Shown piece after piece: positions 1 through 12,201 of a stretch of 64,000 bases of DNA; position 1 is the first letter of the stretch, and each line of letters opens with the position of its first letter. The stretch is from assembly GCA_903917615.1 (NCBI GenBank), contig CAIXBH010000172.1, forward strand, positions 5,898 to 69,897, written 5' to 3'. This DNA comes from an uncultured Chloroflexota bacterium (GTDB lineage Bacteria; Chloroflexota; Dehalococcoidia; UBA2979). A model generated the notes under the pieces. It worked only from the letters and a program-made list of their open reading frames with translations. It searched no databases and was not told the origin of the DNA. A program made the position numbers and the translations under genes.

Positions 1-2
1 TG

Positions 3-587
3 CTCCAGAAGGACTTCAACCAGTACGGAGCGCGCCGCGGCAATCACGAGGTGATGATGCGCGGCACGTTCGCGAACGTGCGTCTGCGCAACGCCATCGT
101 TGACCGCGAGGGGCCGTACACGCGGCACCTGCCGGGCGGCGACGAGATGCCGATCTGGGACGCGGCCGAGAAGTACCAGGCGGACGGCGTGCCCCTCATC
201 ATCCTGTCGGGCAAGGAGTACGGCTCCGGCTCGTCGCGTGACTGGGCGGCGAAGGGCCCGATGCTCCAGGGCGTCAAGGCCGTCATCGCGGAGTCGTACG
301 AGCGCATTCACCGCAGCAACCTGATCGGCATGGGCATCCTGCCGACGCAGTACATGCCCGGCGAGTCCGCGAAGACCCTCGGCCTGACGGGCCGTGAGCG
401 CTTCGACATCGAGGGCATCGCGGGCGACCTGCAGCCGAAGTCGATCCTGAACGTCCGCGCGGTCGCCGATGACGGCTCCGAGAAGACGTTCCAGGTGCGC
501 AACCGCATCGACACGCCGGTGGAGGTCGACTACTACCGCCACGGCGGCATCCTGCAGTTCGTGCTGCGCTCGCTGCTCGAGCAGTAG
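3..587 (+). CDS. acnA: Aconitate hydratase A, C-terminal swivel domain (5' part outside window)
   Basis: Reads [22 protein letters not shown]...[16 protein letters not shown]...[12 protein letters not shown]...YYRHGGIL, all AcnA motifs; frame open from the window edge. Confidence 0.97.
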   Translation, partial: LQKDFNQYGARRGNHEVMMRGTFANVRLRNAIVDREGPYTRHLPGGDEMPIWDAAEKYQADGVPLIILSGKEYGSGSSRDWAAKGPMLQGVKAVIAESYERIHRSNLIGMGILPTQYMPGESAKTLGLTGRERFDIEGIAGDLQPKSILNVRAVADDGSEKTFQVRNRIDTPVEVDYYRHGGILQFVLRSLLEQ

Positions 588-598
588 GACCCGGCGCG

Positions 599-784
599 AT
601 GAACTTCCTCGACCCGATCGTCCCCGATGATTCCGCGCTCATCCGAGCATGGGTCATCGAGGGGCGGTCGGACGAGGAGATCGCGCAGAAGCTGCGCATC
701 TCCGTGAAGCTGGTCCGGCCCGTGCGCTGCGACGTCGAGGCCGAAGTCCGGCCGCGCGTGGTCCTGCCTCGCGACCTGTTCTAG
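599..784 (+). CDS. Small hypothetical protein with HTH-like segment (61 aa)
   Basis: AGGA then ATG just after the acnA stop; EGRSDEEIAQKLRISVKLV resembles a LuxR/sigma region-4 HTH; its TAG overlaps the convergent MFS stop (CTAG). Confidence 0.55.
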   Translation: MNFLDPIVPDDSALIRAWVIEGRSDEEIAQKLRISVKLVRPVRCDVEAEVRPRVVLPRDLF

Positions 785-2121
785 GACGCGGCGGCTGCCT
801 CGACCGACCGTCGAGGCGGCGCCGGGCGCGTCGCGAGCACGAAGAAGACCGAGCCGAGGCCCGCGAGCAGCGCGATCACTGTGAAGCCCAGGCGGTATGA
901 GCCGGTCGTGTCGTACAGCACCCCGGCAATGATCGGCCCGCCGATCTGGCCCAGCGTGACAACCGTCGTCGAGATGCCGAAGATCGCCCCGAACGAACCT
1001 CGACCGAAGTAGTCGGCGTTCAGCGCCGCCATGAGCGGGCCGCGCGTGCCCCACGCGAGGCCGTGCAGGACGGCGAAGGCGATCGCCGCTGGGACGCTGC
1101 TGTTCCACGCCACCAGCAGCAGCGCCACCATGTGCATCGCCATGCACACGATCACCACGCGCCGCTTGCTGAACCGGTCGCCGAGGTAGCCACCCGCGAT
1201 CTGCCCGGCGATCTGCGCCGCCGTCATCAGGCCGAGGACCGCGGCGGCACCGGCATCCGAGTATCGGAACGACCCGGTCAGGTGCAGGAACATGTGCACC
1301 TGCACCGCCGCGACCACGAGCAGCGACGACCCGTGTCCCAGCGCGATCATCCAGAAGGCGCGGGTGCGCACCGCCTCGCCTGCCGTGAACGAGATCGTGC
1401 TGCTCGAGGTGCGCGCCGCGGCGACCTCCGCGTCACGATGGGCGGCCTCGGCCGCGGTCGCGCCGTCGATGCGGAGGCCGCGCAGCTCGGGGCGCTGGTG
1501 CATCAGAAAGGTCAACGGCAGCCCGATCGCGAACACGGCGAGGCCCGAGCCGAGCGACGTGAGACGCCAGTCGTGTGTGATCGCCAGGATGACCGCCGGG
1601 GCGACGAGGCCACCGAACGCGTATCCAATGAAAGAGAGGCTGATCGCGCGCGCTCGATAGCGGTCGAACCAGTTGACCATCACCGTCGTGATCGGCAGGA
1701 AGCCGCCCACGTTCGATCCGACGGCCAGGAGGATAGATGCCGCATAGAACAGCGGCAGGGAGTCGAGGCGCGCGAAGAGGAAGAATCCCAGCGCGTACAG
1801 GATCAGACCCGCGCGCATGACCACGCGCGGGCCGAGGCGGTCGATCATCCGGCCGAGCGGGTAGTTCGCGAAGCCTGCGAGGAGCCGCGACACCGAGAAC
1901 GCCCCGCTCAGCGCGCTCCGTGTCCAGCCGTAGTCGCGCGTCAGCGCGGCGGCGTAGCCACCCACGGCTCCATCGAGGAGCGCGCCGACCAGGAACTGGA
2001 TCCCTGAGCCGGCCGCGACGATGTACCAGCCGTAGAAGATTCCACGACGTCCCCCCGAGGGCGGAACCCCTCCACCCTCACCCTCCCCCGCCAGGGGGGA
2101 GGGGACAGATTGGGAGACCAC
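781..2121 (-). CDS. MFS transporter (OFA/MCT-like)
   Basis: About 12 hydrophobic segments; FYGWYIV start; GRMIDRLGPR and GYLGDRFSKR motif A; start overlaps the pepN stop. Confidence 0.92.
   Translation of the reverse strand: MVSQSVPSPLAGEGEGGGVPPSGGRRGIFYGWYIVAAGSGIQFLVGALLDGAVGGYAAALTRDYGWTRSALSGAFSVSRLLAGFANYPLGRMIDRLGPRVVMRAGLILYALGFFLFARLDSLPLFYAASILLAVGSNVGGFLPITTVMVNWFDRYRARAISLSFIGYAFGGLVAPAVILAITHDWRLTSLGSGLAVFAIGLPLTFLMHQRPELRGLRIDGATAAEAAHRDAEVAAARTSSSTISFTAGEAVRTRAFWMIALGHGSSLLVVAAVQVHMFLHLTGSFRYSDAGAAAVLGLMTAAQIAGQIAGGYLGDRFSKRRVVIVCMAMHMVALLLVAWNSSVPAAIAFAVLHGLAWGTRGPLMAALNADYFGRGSFGAIFGISTTVVTLGQIGGPIIAGVLYDTTGSYRLGFTVIALLAGLGSVFFVLATRPAPPRRSVEAAAAS
2067..2104 (-). repeat. G/C-tract palindromic REP-like element inside the MFS 5' end
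   Basis: Minus strand CCCCTCCCCCCTGGCGGGGGAGGGTGAGGGTGGAGGGG, translated as PSPLAGEGEGGG; similar copy at 55858-55899. Confidence 0.7.
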
Positions 2122-4673
2122 TAGGAGGCCGCGAACTCGCGGCAGCGCACGGCGCGCTCGAGGTCGTCGATCGCCTCGCGCAGCGAGCGCTGCAGGACGG
2201 GCAGGCGGTCACCCAGGCTCGCGAGGAGCGCGTTCGCACGGTCGAGCAGCGCGCGGTCGACGCGGTATCCCGGCCAGAGCGCGCCGAAGTACGCCGAGGC
2301 GTACTCGTTCGTCTCGCGCTCGAAGATGCCCGGTAGCGCCTCGAAGTATCGCTCGGTGTATGGCTCCAGCAGCGCGCCCTGGGACCACCAGTGGAAGCCG
2401 CCCATGGCGGCGCTGGTCAGGTGCAGGGAGCCGTAGGACGACGGGCCGGTCTGGAACTTCTCCCAGGCGGCGGCCTTCACCTCGGCCGAGGGTGGAGCGG
2501 TCTCGATGCGGAGCAGTGCGCGCTGACCGCGGTCGGAGCGGTCGCGTGCCGTCTCGGCCTCGACCCGCTCGGTGGCGCCGGGGAGCCCATAGGCCACGCT
2601 GCGGAGCGCGACGCTCCAGCGCATGTCCTGGTCCACCGTGAGCCCGGGGACGTGGATCGCGCCGTCGGCGAGGTCGCAGATCGTGCGCGCGTCCTCCGGG
2701 GTGATCGCGACGGCGATCGCTGTGCGTGCCCACGTGATCTGCAGGTTCGGGTCGCTTGCCGCCTTCAGGGCGTCGAGGGCGAGCACGAAGAAGCGGTGCG
2801 CTGCCTCGGCCTTCTGCGCCTCGGGGACGTAGCGCGAGATCGCGGCGCTCATCGTGCCGAGGATCGTCTCGACGAGCTCGTGGTCGGTCTCCGCGGACAC
2901 CTTCGGCCCCGCGAGGTCGAGGTAGTCCGTGGACTTCAACTGCTGGTCGCGCACCATGTTCCACAGCGTCTGCCAGATGAGCTGGCGGAGCAGCGGGTCC
3001 TCGATGCGGTCGAGGTTCGCACGGAGGAACGCGAGCGAGCGCTCGTCCAGCGCGATCTTCGTGAAGTCGTGGTCGTGGTGGTTCGGGAAGACGAAGTCCG
3101 GCAGCGGCCGGCCGATCGCCTCGGGCACCTCTGCGGTCGCACCGTCGATGTGTGCCGGCACCTCGTCGATGACGAGCGCGCCGCCCTCCTCGCGCACGAG
3201 CGCGATGTCCATGCGGTGTGGGCGCAGGGTGGGGTAGTCCGCGGGCGCGCTCTGCGTGAGCGACAGCGAGGCGATGCGCGCGCCGTCCGCCTCGATGTGC
3301 GCGGCGATGGTGTTGAGCGACGGCGTCTCGAGCCAGAGCGCGGCCCAGCCGTGCAGGTCATGGCCCACGCCCTCGCCGAGGGCGTCCAGCCACTCGGAGA
3401 GCGTCGTGTTGCTGTACTCGTGCTTCTTGAAGTAGCCGCGCATGCCGGCGCGGAAGCCCTCGATGCCCATCGCGGCGACGAGCTGCTTGATGACGGAGGC
3501 GCCCTTGCCGTAGGTGATGCCGTCGAAGTTCTGGAAGGTCGCGTCCGTGTCGGCGACCTGCCCGGCGATCGGGTGTGTTGTGATGAGCTGGTCCTGGCGG
3601 TAGGCCCAGTTCTTCATGCCGGAGTTGAAGGCCTGCCACGAGGTAGTGAAGCGGGTCGCTTCGTCCATCGACAGGTAGGCCATGTAGGTCGCGAACGACT
3701 CGTTCAGCCAGAGGTCGTTCCACCACTTCATGGTGACGAGGTCGCCGAACCACATGTGTGCCATCTCGTGGAGGATGACCTCGGCGCGGCCCTCGCGCTG
3801 CGTCTCCGTCGGCGGGTCGCGGAAGACCATGCGCTCCGAGTGCGTCACGGCGGCGACGTTCTCCATCGCGCCCGCGTTGAACTCGGGCACGAAGACCTGG
3901 TCGTACTTACCGAACGGGTAGGGGTAGTCGAAGAAATCGCCGTAGAACGTGAGGCCCTGCTTCGTGACCTCGAACAACTCGTCGCGGTCGACGTGCGGCG
4001 CGAGCGACTTGCGCGCGAAGAAGCCGAGGTCGACGCCGTTGTGGGTGTCGCGGAACACCTCGAAGGGGCCTGCGATCAGCGCGAAGAGGTAGGTCGAGAT
4101 GCGCTTGGTGCGCTGAAAGGTCGTCTCGCGGCGACCATCCTCCAGCGTGCGGTGCATGTAGTCGGCGCTGTTGGCGATGAGCACCCACTCCGTGGGCGCC
4201 TTCACCGTGAGGAGGTACTCCGCCTTGATGTCGGGCTGGTCGAAGCCCGGGAAGAGCCGGTGCGCGTTGTACGGCTCGAAGTTGGTGTAGAGGTACTCCT
4301 CACCATCCTCGGGATCGACGAACTGGTGCAGGCCGTCCCCGGTGTGGTCGTAGTCGTTCTCGTACACGACGCGCACGGCGTTGTCCGGTCGCAGGGAGGC
4401 GCCGTCGATGGTGAGGCGGTACCCCGTCCATTCCGGTTCCGGCACCGCGACGCCGTTCACCTCGAGCAAGTCGATGCGCTTGCCGGTGAAGTCGAGGAAG
4501 AGCGGCTCGCTGCCCGTCGCCTGGAACGTGATCGCGACGTCGCCCCTGTAGGTGCTCGCGCCACGCGTCAGGTCGAGGGCGATCGCATAGGCGACCTTGG
4601 AGACGCGGGCGGCACGGGCCTCGGCCTCTGTCTGGGTCAGGACATCACGCGTGGTGGGGGTGGGGGCGTCCAT
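2121..4673 (-). CDS. pepN: Aminopeptidase N (M1 family)
   Basis: GAMEN and HEMAH...WLNE zinc motifs, FDGITYGKG; start moved to ATG 4673 (MDAPTPTTRDVLT) because the upstream extension overlaps SURF1. Confidence 0.96.
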   Translation of the reverse strand: MDAPTPTTRDVLTQTEAEARAARVSKVAYAIALDLTRGASTYRGDVAITFQATGSEPLFLDFTGKRIDLLEVNGVAVPEPEWTGYRLTIDGASLRPDNAVRVVYENDYDHTGDGLHQFVDPEDGEEYLYTNFEPYNAHRLFPGFDQPDIKAEYLLTVKAPTEWVLIANSADYMHRTLEDGRRETTFQRTKRISTYLFALIAGPFEVFRDTHNGVDLGFFARKSLAPHVDRDELFEVTKQGLTFYGDFFDYPYPFGKYDQVFVPEFNAGAMENVAAVTHSERMVFRDPPTETQREGRAEVILHEMAHMWFGDLVTMKWWNDLWLNESFATYMAYLSMDEATRFTTSWQAFNSGMKNWAYRQDQLITTHPIAGQVADTDATFQNFDGITYGKGASVIKQLVAAMGIEGFRAGMRGYFKKHEYSNTTLSEWLDALGEGVGHDLHGWAALWLETPSLNTIAAHIEADGARIASLSLTQSAPADYPTLRPHRMDIALVREEGGALVIDEVPAHIDGATAEVPEAIGRPLPDFVFPNHHDHDFTKIALDERSLAFLRANLDRIEDPLLRQLIWQTLWNMVRDQQLKSTDYLDLAGPKVSAETDHELVETILGTMSAAISRYVPEAQKAEAAHRFFVLALDALKAASDPNLQITWARTAIAVAITPEDARTICDLADGAIHVPGLTVDQDMRWSVALRSVAYGLPGATERVEAETARDRSDRGQRALLRIETAPPSAEVKAAAWEKFQTGPSSYGSLHLTSAAMGGFHWWSQGALLEPYTERYFEALPGIFERETNEYASAYFGALWPGYRVDRALLDRANALLASLGDRLPVLQRSLREAIDDLERAVRCREFAAS

Positions 4674-4753
4674 ACGGCCTCGACTTCCGGGTGCGGAGGG
4701 ATGGGGTCGAGGGACATGGTAGCCGACGGCTCCCCGGCGCTGCTCCGTGCCGG

Positions 4754-5506
4754 CTACTCCCGCGGCGACGCCTCGCGGGCGGCGCGCCGGCGCTCCTTGC
4801 GCGGCGCGGCGACGAGGCGGGCGTACGCGATGGCGACGAGGGCGGCCGCGAGGCCGAACCACTGGGCGGCATACTGGAGCGAGTCCACATCGGACTCGTA
4901 TGCGTAGAAGCCCTGCACGCGGAGCACCCCGGCCGGGCGGCTGTTGCCGCTGTCGGTCAGCAGATGGCCCTCGATGACGTACCAGGGGAGCACCGGGTAG
5001 GGGAGCGTCGCGCCCATGTCGCGCGGGGAGATCTGCGACCACGTCCCCGCCGGGGTCCGGCGCCCGCTGAGACCCTCGACGTAGCGCGCGAGGCCCTGCG
5101 TGTCGGCGACTCTGCTCTTCGCGATCTCGGCGAGCACGGCCTCGCGCTGGCCCTCGGCGTACCAGCCGCGGTCCACGAGCACGGCGGGACCGCCCGGCGC
5201 GAGGAGGAGCGGGACGGCGATGTCTTCGCCCTTCGTGCCGAAGCGAGCGCGGTTGGCGAGGACGAGGGCGTGCTCGATGTCCCAGGTGCCGGTGAGGGCG
5301 ACGAGGCGATAATCCAGGTCGCCGAGCGGGAGGCGCTGGGCTTCGGCCGCGCTGAGGGGCGTCCCGGCGAGGTGGGCGTTCCGCTCCGCGATCAGCGCGT
5401 TGCGCCAGGTGTTCCGCTGGAGCTGCCAGACCCCGAGGCCGCAGAGGACGGCGACCGCGGCCACCACCAGCGCGGCGAGAACGGGGGTGGGCAGGCGGAA
5501 GCGCAC
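4754..5506 (-). CDS. SURF1/Shy1 family protein
   Basis: LCGLGVWQLQR, VLVDRGW, LQYAAQWFGLA; GGAG before GTG 5506. Confidence 0.9.
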   Translation of the reverse strand: MRFRLPTPVLAALVVAAVAVLCGLGVWQLQRNTWRNALIAERNAHLAGTPLSAAEAQRLPLGDLDYRLVALTGTWDIEHALVLANRARFGTKGEDIAVPLLLAPGGPAVLVDRGWYAEGQREAVLAEIAKSRVADTQGLARYVEGLSGRRTPAGTWSQISPRDMGATLPYPVLPWYVIEGHLLTDSGNSRPAGVLRVQGFYAYESDVDSLQYAAQWFGLAAALVAIAYARLVAAPRKERRRAAREASPRE

Positions 5507-5726
5507 GGGGTCTCCTCGGGCGGGCTGCTTCAGTCTCGACCGAGTGCGCGCGCGGAGCAATGGCGAGGGCTATGGTGTCGCGGGCGACCGCCCGGGATTC
5601 GCGAGGCCTTCGCCTCGTGAAATACGGCGGAAACCTTCATACCATATCGTCCCTCACGTCCTCGTTGGGCGTTTCGGAGTTGCTCGGGTTCCGGCCATCG
5701 GCCGGTCAAATGCGGAAGGACAGGCC

Positions 5727-6728
5727 ATGGTCTACAGAGCGGAATACATCTGGATTGACGGCGCGGAGCCGACGCAGAAGCTGCGTTCGAAGACGAAGAT
5801 CCTCGAGGACGGCGCCGAGCCGGGCATCTGGGGCTTCGACGGGTCGAGCACGAATCAGGCCACGGGCGACAACTCGGACTGCGTCCTGAAGCCGGTCGCG
5901 ACCTTCCCGGACCCGATCCGCGGTGGCAACAACATCCTCGTGATGTGCGAGGTGCTCCTCGTCAACATGAAGCCGCACCCCACCAACAAGCGCGCCGCGC
6001 TCGTCGCGACCGCGAAGAAGTACGCGAAGCACGACACCTGGTTCGGCATCGAGCAGGAGTACACCTTCTTCCAGGGTGGTCGTCCGCTGGGCTGGCCGGA
6101 GAACGGCTTCCCGGCCCCGCAGTTCGGCTACTACTGCGGCGTCGGCGCGGACGAGATCTTCGGCCGCGAGATCGTCGAGGCGCACACGGACGCCTGCATC
6201 GCCGCTGGCATCAAGATCGCCGGCACCAACGCCGAGGTGATGCCCGGCCAGTGGGAGTTCCAGGTCGGGCCGCTGAGCCCGGTCGAGGTCGCCGACCACC
6301 TGTGGATGGCGCGCTGGCTGCTCTACCGCATCGCTGAGGACTTCGAGGTCGCCGCGACCCTGAACCCGAAGCCGGTGATGGGCGACTGGAACGGCGCGGG
6401 TGCGCACACCAACTTCTCGACGAAGGAGACCCGCGAGTCGTGGGCAGCCATCGAGAAGGCGGCGAAGGCGCTCGGCCCGAAGCACGACCTCCACATCGCG
6501 AACTACGGCTACGGCATCGAGCAGCGCCTGACCGGCGCGCACGAGACCGCCTCGTACAAGAGCTACTCGTACGGCGTGTCGCACCGCGGTGCGTCCGTCC
6601 GGATCCCGTGGCAGGTGGCCGTCGACAAGAAGGGCTACATCGAGGACCGCCGCCCGAACGCGAACATGGACCCGTACACGGTCTGCCGGCTCATCACCGA
6701 CACCGTGTGCGCGGCGCTCGAGAAGTAG
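5727..6728 (+). CDS. glnII: Glutamine synthetase type II (GSII)
   Basis: 333 aa; EYIWIDG, WGFDGSST, WFGIEQEYT, NAEVMPGQWEFQ, DWNGAGAH, YIEDRRP; AAGGA RBS. Confidence 0.95.
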   Translation: MVYRAEYIWIDGAEPTQKLRSKTKILEDGAEPGIWGFDGSSTNQATGDNSDCVLKPVATFPDPIRGGNNILVMCEVLLVNMKPHPTNKRAALVATAKKYAKHDTWFGIEQEYTFFQGGRPLGWPENGFPAPQFGYYCGVGADEIFGREIVEAHTDACIAAGIKIAGTNAEVMPGQWEFQVGPLSPVEVADHLWMARWLLYRIAEDFEVAATLNPKPVMGDWNGAGAHTNFSTKETRESWAAIEKAAKALGPKHDLHIANYGYGIEQRLTGAHETASYKSYSYGVSHRGASVRIPWQVAVDKKGYIEDRRPNANMDPYTVCRLITDTVCAALEK

Positions 6729-6774
6729 CGCAGCGGGACGCCGGGGTCGCCCCGAGCGACTCCACTGGAGCACG

Positions 6775-6800
6775 GAAGGGCGGCCGCAAGGCCGCCCTTC
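6775..6800. terminator. Hairpin between convergent glnII and the phosphodiesterase gene
   Basis: GAAGGGCGGCC-GCAA-GGCCGCCCTTC perfect stem with GNRA loop. Confidence 0.75.
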
Positions 6801-6839
6801 TGCATGTCGGCGCGCGTGACGTCGAGTGATCGGGTGCAG

Positions 6840-8105
6840 CTACGCCGGGCGCGGGACGCGCGCGAACTCGATCTCCCAGCCCGGGGACTCGCCTCCCGCG
6901 ATGATCAGGGGGATCAGCATCTCGGCGGCGCTGAGGCCGGAGTGGTGCGACCGCTGGGCGAGGTACCGGTCGCGCCCCGGTGCGCCCGTGTAGCGGAGCA
7001 CCTCGCCGCCGAGCGCGATGCTGACGAAGTCCCCGATCCGCCCGCGCGTCTCCTCGGTCATCGAGTCCGGCCCGAGCAGTCCAAGCGCCGCGGCCTCGCC
7101 GCTGGTGATCAACAGGAACGTCTCGCTGAAGCGCTGGAGGAACGCCGCGACGAAGTCGTCCTCGGCTCCGGCGCGCACATGCCAGAAGGCAGTGCGCACA
7201 TCGCCCGAGGGCGGGCAGCGGAGGAAGTCGAGCAGCGGATCGTCCGCGGTCACCTCCAGGTGGCCGGCTCCGCTCACGGTGCGATGTCCGTGATCCGCCG
7301 AGACGACGATGCGCGCGTTGATCGCATGGTCGCGCAGGTTCTCGGACAGCGCGGCGAGTGCGCGGTCCAGATCCTCGAGCCCGCGCAGCACGCGAGGATC
7401 GTCGGGACCGAAGTCATGCTCCAGCGAGTCCGGGACCGCCGTGTACCAGTAGGTGTACGTCGGGCCCGACGCCGCGAGCAGCCGCGCGCCGATGAGGTCT
7501 GCCGCCTCGGCGTGCTGTCCGTAGCCCACGCAGGGCGCGTTGCCGGCCATGTAGCGCGTGAAGGGCGAGGAGACGATCGCCGCGGGCATGAACAGGGCAG
7601 CATCGCGAGTCATCTTCGGGATGATCGGATCGGCCGGGCAGAGATCGCGGATGCCGACGTCGAGGTCCTCCAGCGCGACCTCGTCCATCGTGCGTTCGTG
7701 GCGGAAGACGGTGACCGGGGCGTTCAACTCGCGGAGGTGCGTCCACCAGCCGGTGATCGCGTGGTGCGACGGGTACTCGGCCGTGGCGATCGACGAGACG
7801 GCGACCGGCGTGGTGGAGGGGAACGGCGCCTGGATGATGCGCTGCAGGTTGCGGCGCATCCACGACTCTCGCGGCAGCGTGTCGAGCAGTTGCATGCCGA
7901 GGCCGTCCGCGAGCACGAAGACGATGTGATCGGCGCGACGGAGATGGTCGGCGGTGGCGCGGCTGTGATCGTTGAGGCGGATGTTCGGGACGCCGCACAC
8001 GTGGGCGATCGCGCGCACGACATGGATCAGGCTCATCGCGCCTGCGTACGGACGGATCAGTTCACCTGCGTCGAAGCCGTCGATGAGCCGCTGGAGATCG
8101 GGCAT
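6840..8105 (-). CDS. Alkaline phosphatase superfamily protein (nucleotide pyrophosphatase/phosphodiesterase type)
   Basis: LADGLG, FPSTT (Thr nucleophile), DSLEH, SADHGH, HHSGL metal motifs. Confidence 0.88.
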   Translation of the reverse strand: MPDLQRLIDGFDAGELIRPYAGAMSLIHVVRAIAHVCGVPNIRLNDHSRATADHLRRADHIVFVLADGLGMQLLDTLPRESWMRRNLQRIIQAPFPSTTPVAVSSIATAEYPSHHAITGWWTHLRELNAPVTVFRHERTMDEVALEDLDVGIRDLCPADPIIPKMTRDAALFMPAAIVSSPFTRYMAGNAPCVGYGQHAEAADLIGARLLAASGPTYTYWYTAVPDSLEHDFGPDDPRVLRGLEDLDRALAALSENLRDHAINARIVVSADHGHRTVSGAGHLEVTADDPLLDFLRCPPSGDVRTAFWHVRAGAEDDFVAAFLQRFSETFLLITSGEAAALGLLGPDSMTEETRGRIGDFVSIALGGEVLRYTGAPGRDRYLAQRSHHSGLSAAEMLIPLIIAGGESPGWEIEFARVPRPA

Positions 8106-8217
8106 GGGATCCGGAGTTCATGTCCCGCGTGTTGAGCGCACTCTAGCCCGTCGCCGAACCAGCCGCACACGTTTCGTGGGCTGCGAGGGATACCCCCTCG
8201 CCCTATGGGTAGCGGCC

Positions 8218-9526
8218 CTACGGGTAACGGTAGGTGCGGAGCCCCTTCACCGTGAGCGACACGACCACGGTGCATCCCAGCGCGATGATCGCCCCGAGCT
8301 GCATCGTGTGGGCTTCGCCGAGTCCCGGGAGGCCGAAGACGCCGCCCGCGACGAAGCCCACGAAGAGCGTGCCGGCGTTGTTCGCGGTGGTCGCGACCAG
8401 CGTGCCCAGGCTGAGCGTCCGGCCGAGCATCTGGTCCGGCGTCGTGAGCTGCATCATCGCCTGGCGCGTCACCATGCTGATGGCGTCGAACGCGCCCATC
8501 CCGAAGATCGCGACCCCGCCGAGGAAGAGCGAGGGCACGGTGCCGAAGAAGAAAACCGAGACGCAGAACGCGAACGTCGCGTACACGACCAGCATCCCCT
8601 TCGCGCGGAAGCGCGTCGTGAAGAGCACCACAAATGCCCCGATCACGGCGCCCACCGAGTTCACGGAGGTCAGTACGCCGACCGCGGCGGGGCCGGCCGC
8701 GAACAGGCCGCTCGCGAGCGCGGGCAGCAGCTGGCGATAGAAGGTCGGCACCGTCATCCCGATGTCGAGGAGGAAGAGTCCGGGCAGGATGCCGTGGCTG
8801 CGCACGTACTGGAAGCCCTCGATGACCCGGCGCGGCATGCTGCCGCTGGTGTTCACGTTGGTGGCGCGGCCCTCGGCCTTGATCATGAGCGGCAGGAACG
8901 CCGCGGGGATCGAGGTCAGCGCTGACATCACCCATGCCGGGTTCAGCCCCCACCGCGCAACGACCCACGCGAAGGCGAGCGGCGCGATGATCGAACCCAC
9001 CTGCTGCGTGAGCTGGTTCGCGGTGATCGCGTGCATGAGGTGCGTCCGCGGGACGACGCGCGCGGTGATCGCGGCGCGAGCGGGCTGCCCGATGACCGAG
9101 GTGACGCTGAGGAGCGCTGTAGCCGCGTAGATGTGCCACGGCACGAGGTTGCCCGTGACCGCAAGGAGCGCGAGGACGCCCATGATGGCGGCCGTCTGCG
9201 CCTGGGTCCACGCCATGAGTTTCTTGCGATCCATCGTGTCAGCGAGCGTGCCGCCCCAGAGCAGCCCAGGGATCTGGACGACGAGCTGGACGCCGCCGAC
9301 GAGGCCGAGCTTCGCGGCAGAGTGGGTCGTCTCGAAGAGCCAGATGTACGGGACCAGCATGATCAGCTGGTTCGTGAACATCGCGCAGAGCGAGCTCAGC
9401 CAGAACAAGCGGTAGTCCGCGATGGCGAACGGCGCCCATGGCGATAGGTCATGTGCCCGTGCGTCGGCCTCCGCGCCCTCGACGAGTTCGGGAGCTTCCT
9501 CGGGCGGGGCGTCGGGTGGGGTGGGG

Positions 9527-9546
<20 letters not shown>
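8218..9546 (-). CDS. MFS transporter (EntS/MFS_3-like)
   Basis: [23 protein letters not shown], about 12 TM segments; start uncertain (GTG 9546). Confidence 0.88.
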
Positions 9547-11584
<2,038 letters not shown>

Positions 11585-11697
11585 CGGCGTCCGTTCAGGA
11601 GTGCAGGCATCGAAGGGTACCATCGACTTGCGCTGGCGACTCCCGCTGGCGACGTCCGCTGCGGGCCACGGCCTCGCCTGCCGACCGAGGAGCGCCT

Positions 11698-12198
11698 GTG
11701 CCCGACCTCCGCATCCGCTTCGCCACCGCCGAGGATGCCTCGACCATCGTCGAGTTCGTCCGCGGCCTCGCGGCGTTCGAACATGAGCCGCTTGAGCAGG
11801 TTCATCTGACTGAGGCGGACGTCGTCCGCGACGGGTTCGGCGCGCGTCCGCTGTTCGAGGTGCTGATCGCGGAGCGCGATGGGCGGTCGCTCGGCATGGC
11901 GCTCTTCTTCCCGCACTACTCGACCTGGGAGGGGGCCGCGGCGATCTACATTGAGGACCTGTACGTGGTCGAGGATGCGCGCCGGGACGGCGTCGGGCGG
12001 GCGCTCGTCGCGGCTGTGGTCCGCCTCGCGGTGGAGCGGGGCAATCCGCGCGTGGACCTCGCCGTACTGGACTGGAATCCCGCGCGCGGCTTCTATGCGC
12101 GCCTCGGCTTCGCGCAGCAGCAGGAGTGGTTGCCGTATCGCCTCGATGGTGCGGCACTGCGGGCGCTCGCGGGCGACGCCCCCGCTCAGGGAGCGTAG
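11698..12198 (+). CDS. GNAT N-acetyltransferase (SSAT/diamine acetyltransferase-like)
   Basis: [41 protein letters not shown] before GTG. Confidence 0.9.
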   Translation: MPDLRIRFATAEDASTIVEFVRGLAAFEHEPLEQVHLTEADVVRDGFGARPLFEVLIAERDGRSLGMALFFPHYSTWEGAAAIYIEDLYVVEDARRDGVGRALVAAVVRLAVERGNPRVDLAVLDWNPARGFYARLGFAQQQEWLPYRLDGAALRALAGDAPAQGA

Positions 12199-12201
12199 GG
12201 G

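Noticed and set aside
2391..4907. 838-aa + strand ORF, and similar long ORFs 9695-11809, 14616-17066, 23028-24659, 32257-34788, 48781-50298
   Set aside because: Antisense shadows of well-supported genes, expected with high GC3; no recognisable motifs
4674..5042. Long N-terminal extensions in the ORF track (pepN, YyaL, glnII, GNAT, CoA-transferases and others)
   Set aside because: Low-complexity Arg/Pro/Ala-rich translations overlapping neighbouring genes; downstream starts fit the family N-termini and most have an RBS
5660..5726. Glutamine (glnA) riboswitch upstream of glnII
   Set aside because: Only partial words match; I could not build the conserved three-stem junction
8189..8212. TACCCCC...GGGTA as a CsoR-type operator
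   Set aside because: Spacing is longer than the usual site, and no metal-homeostasis gene is adjacent
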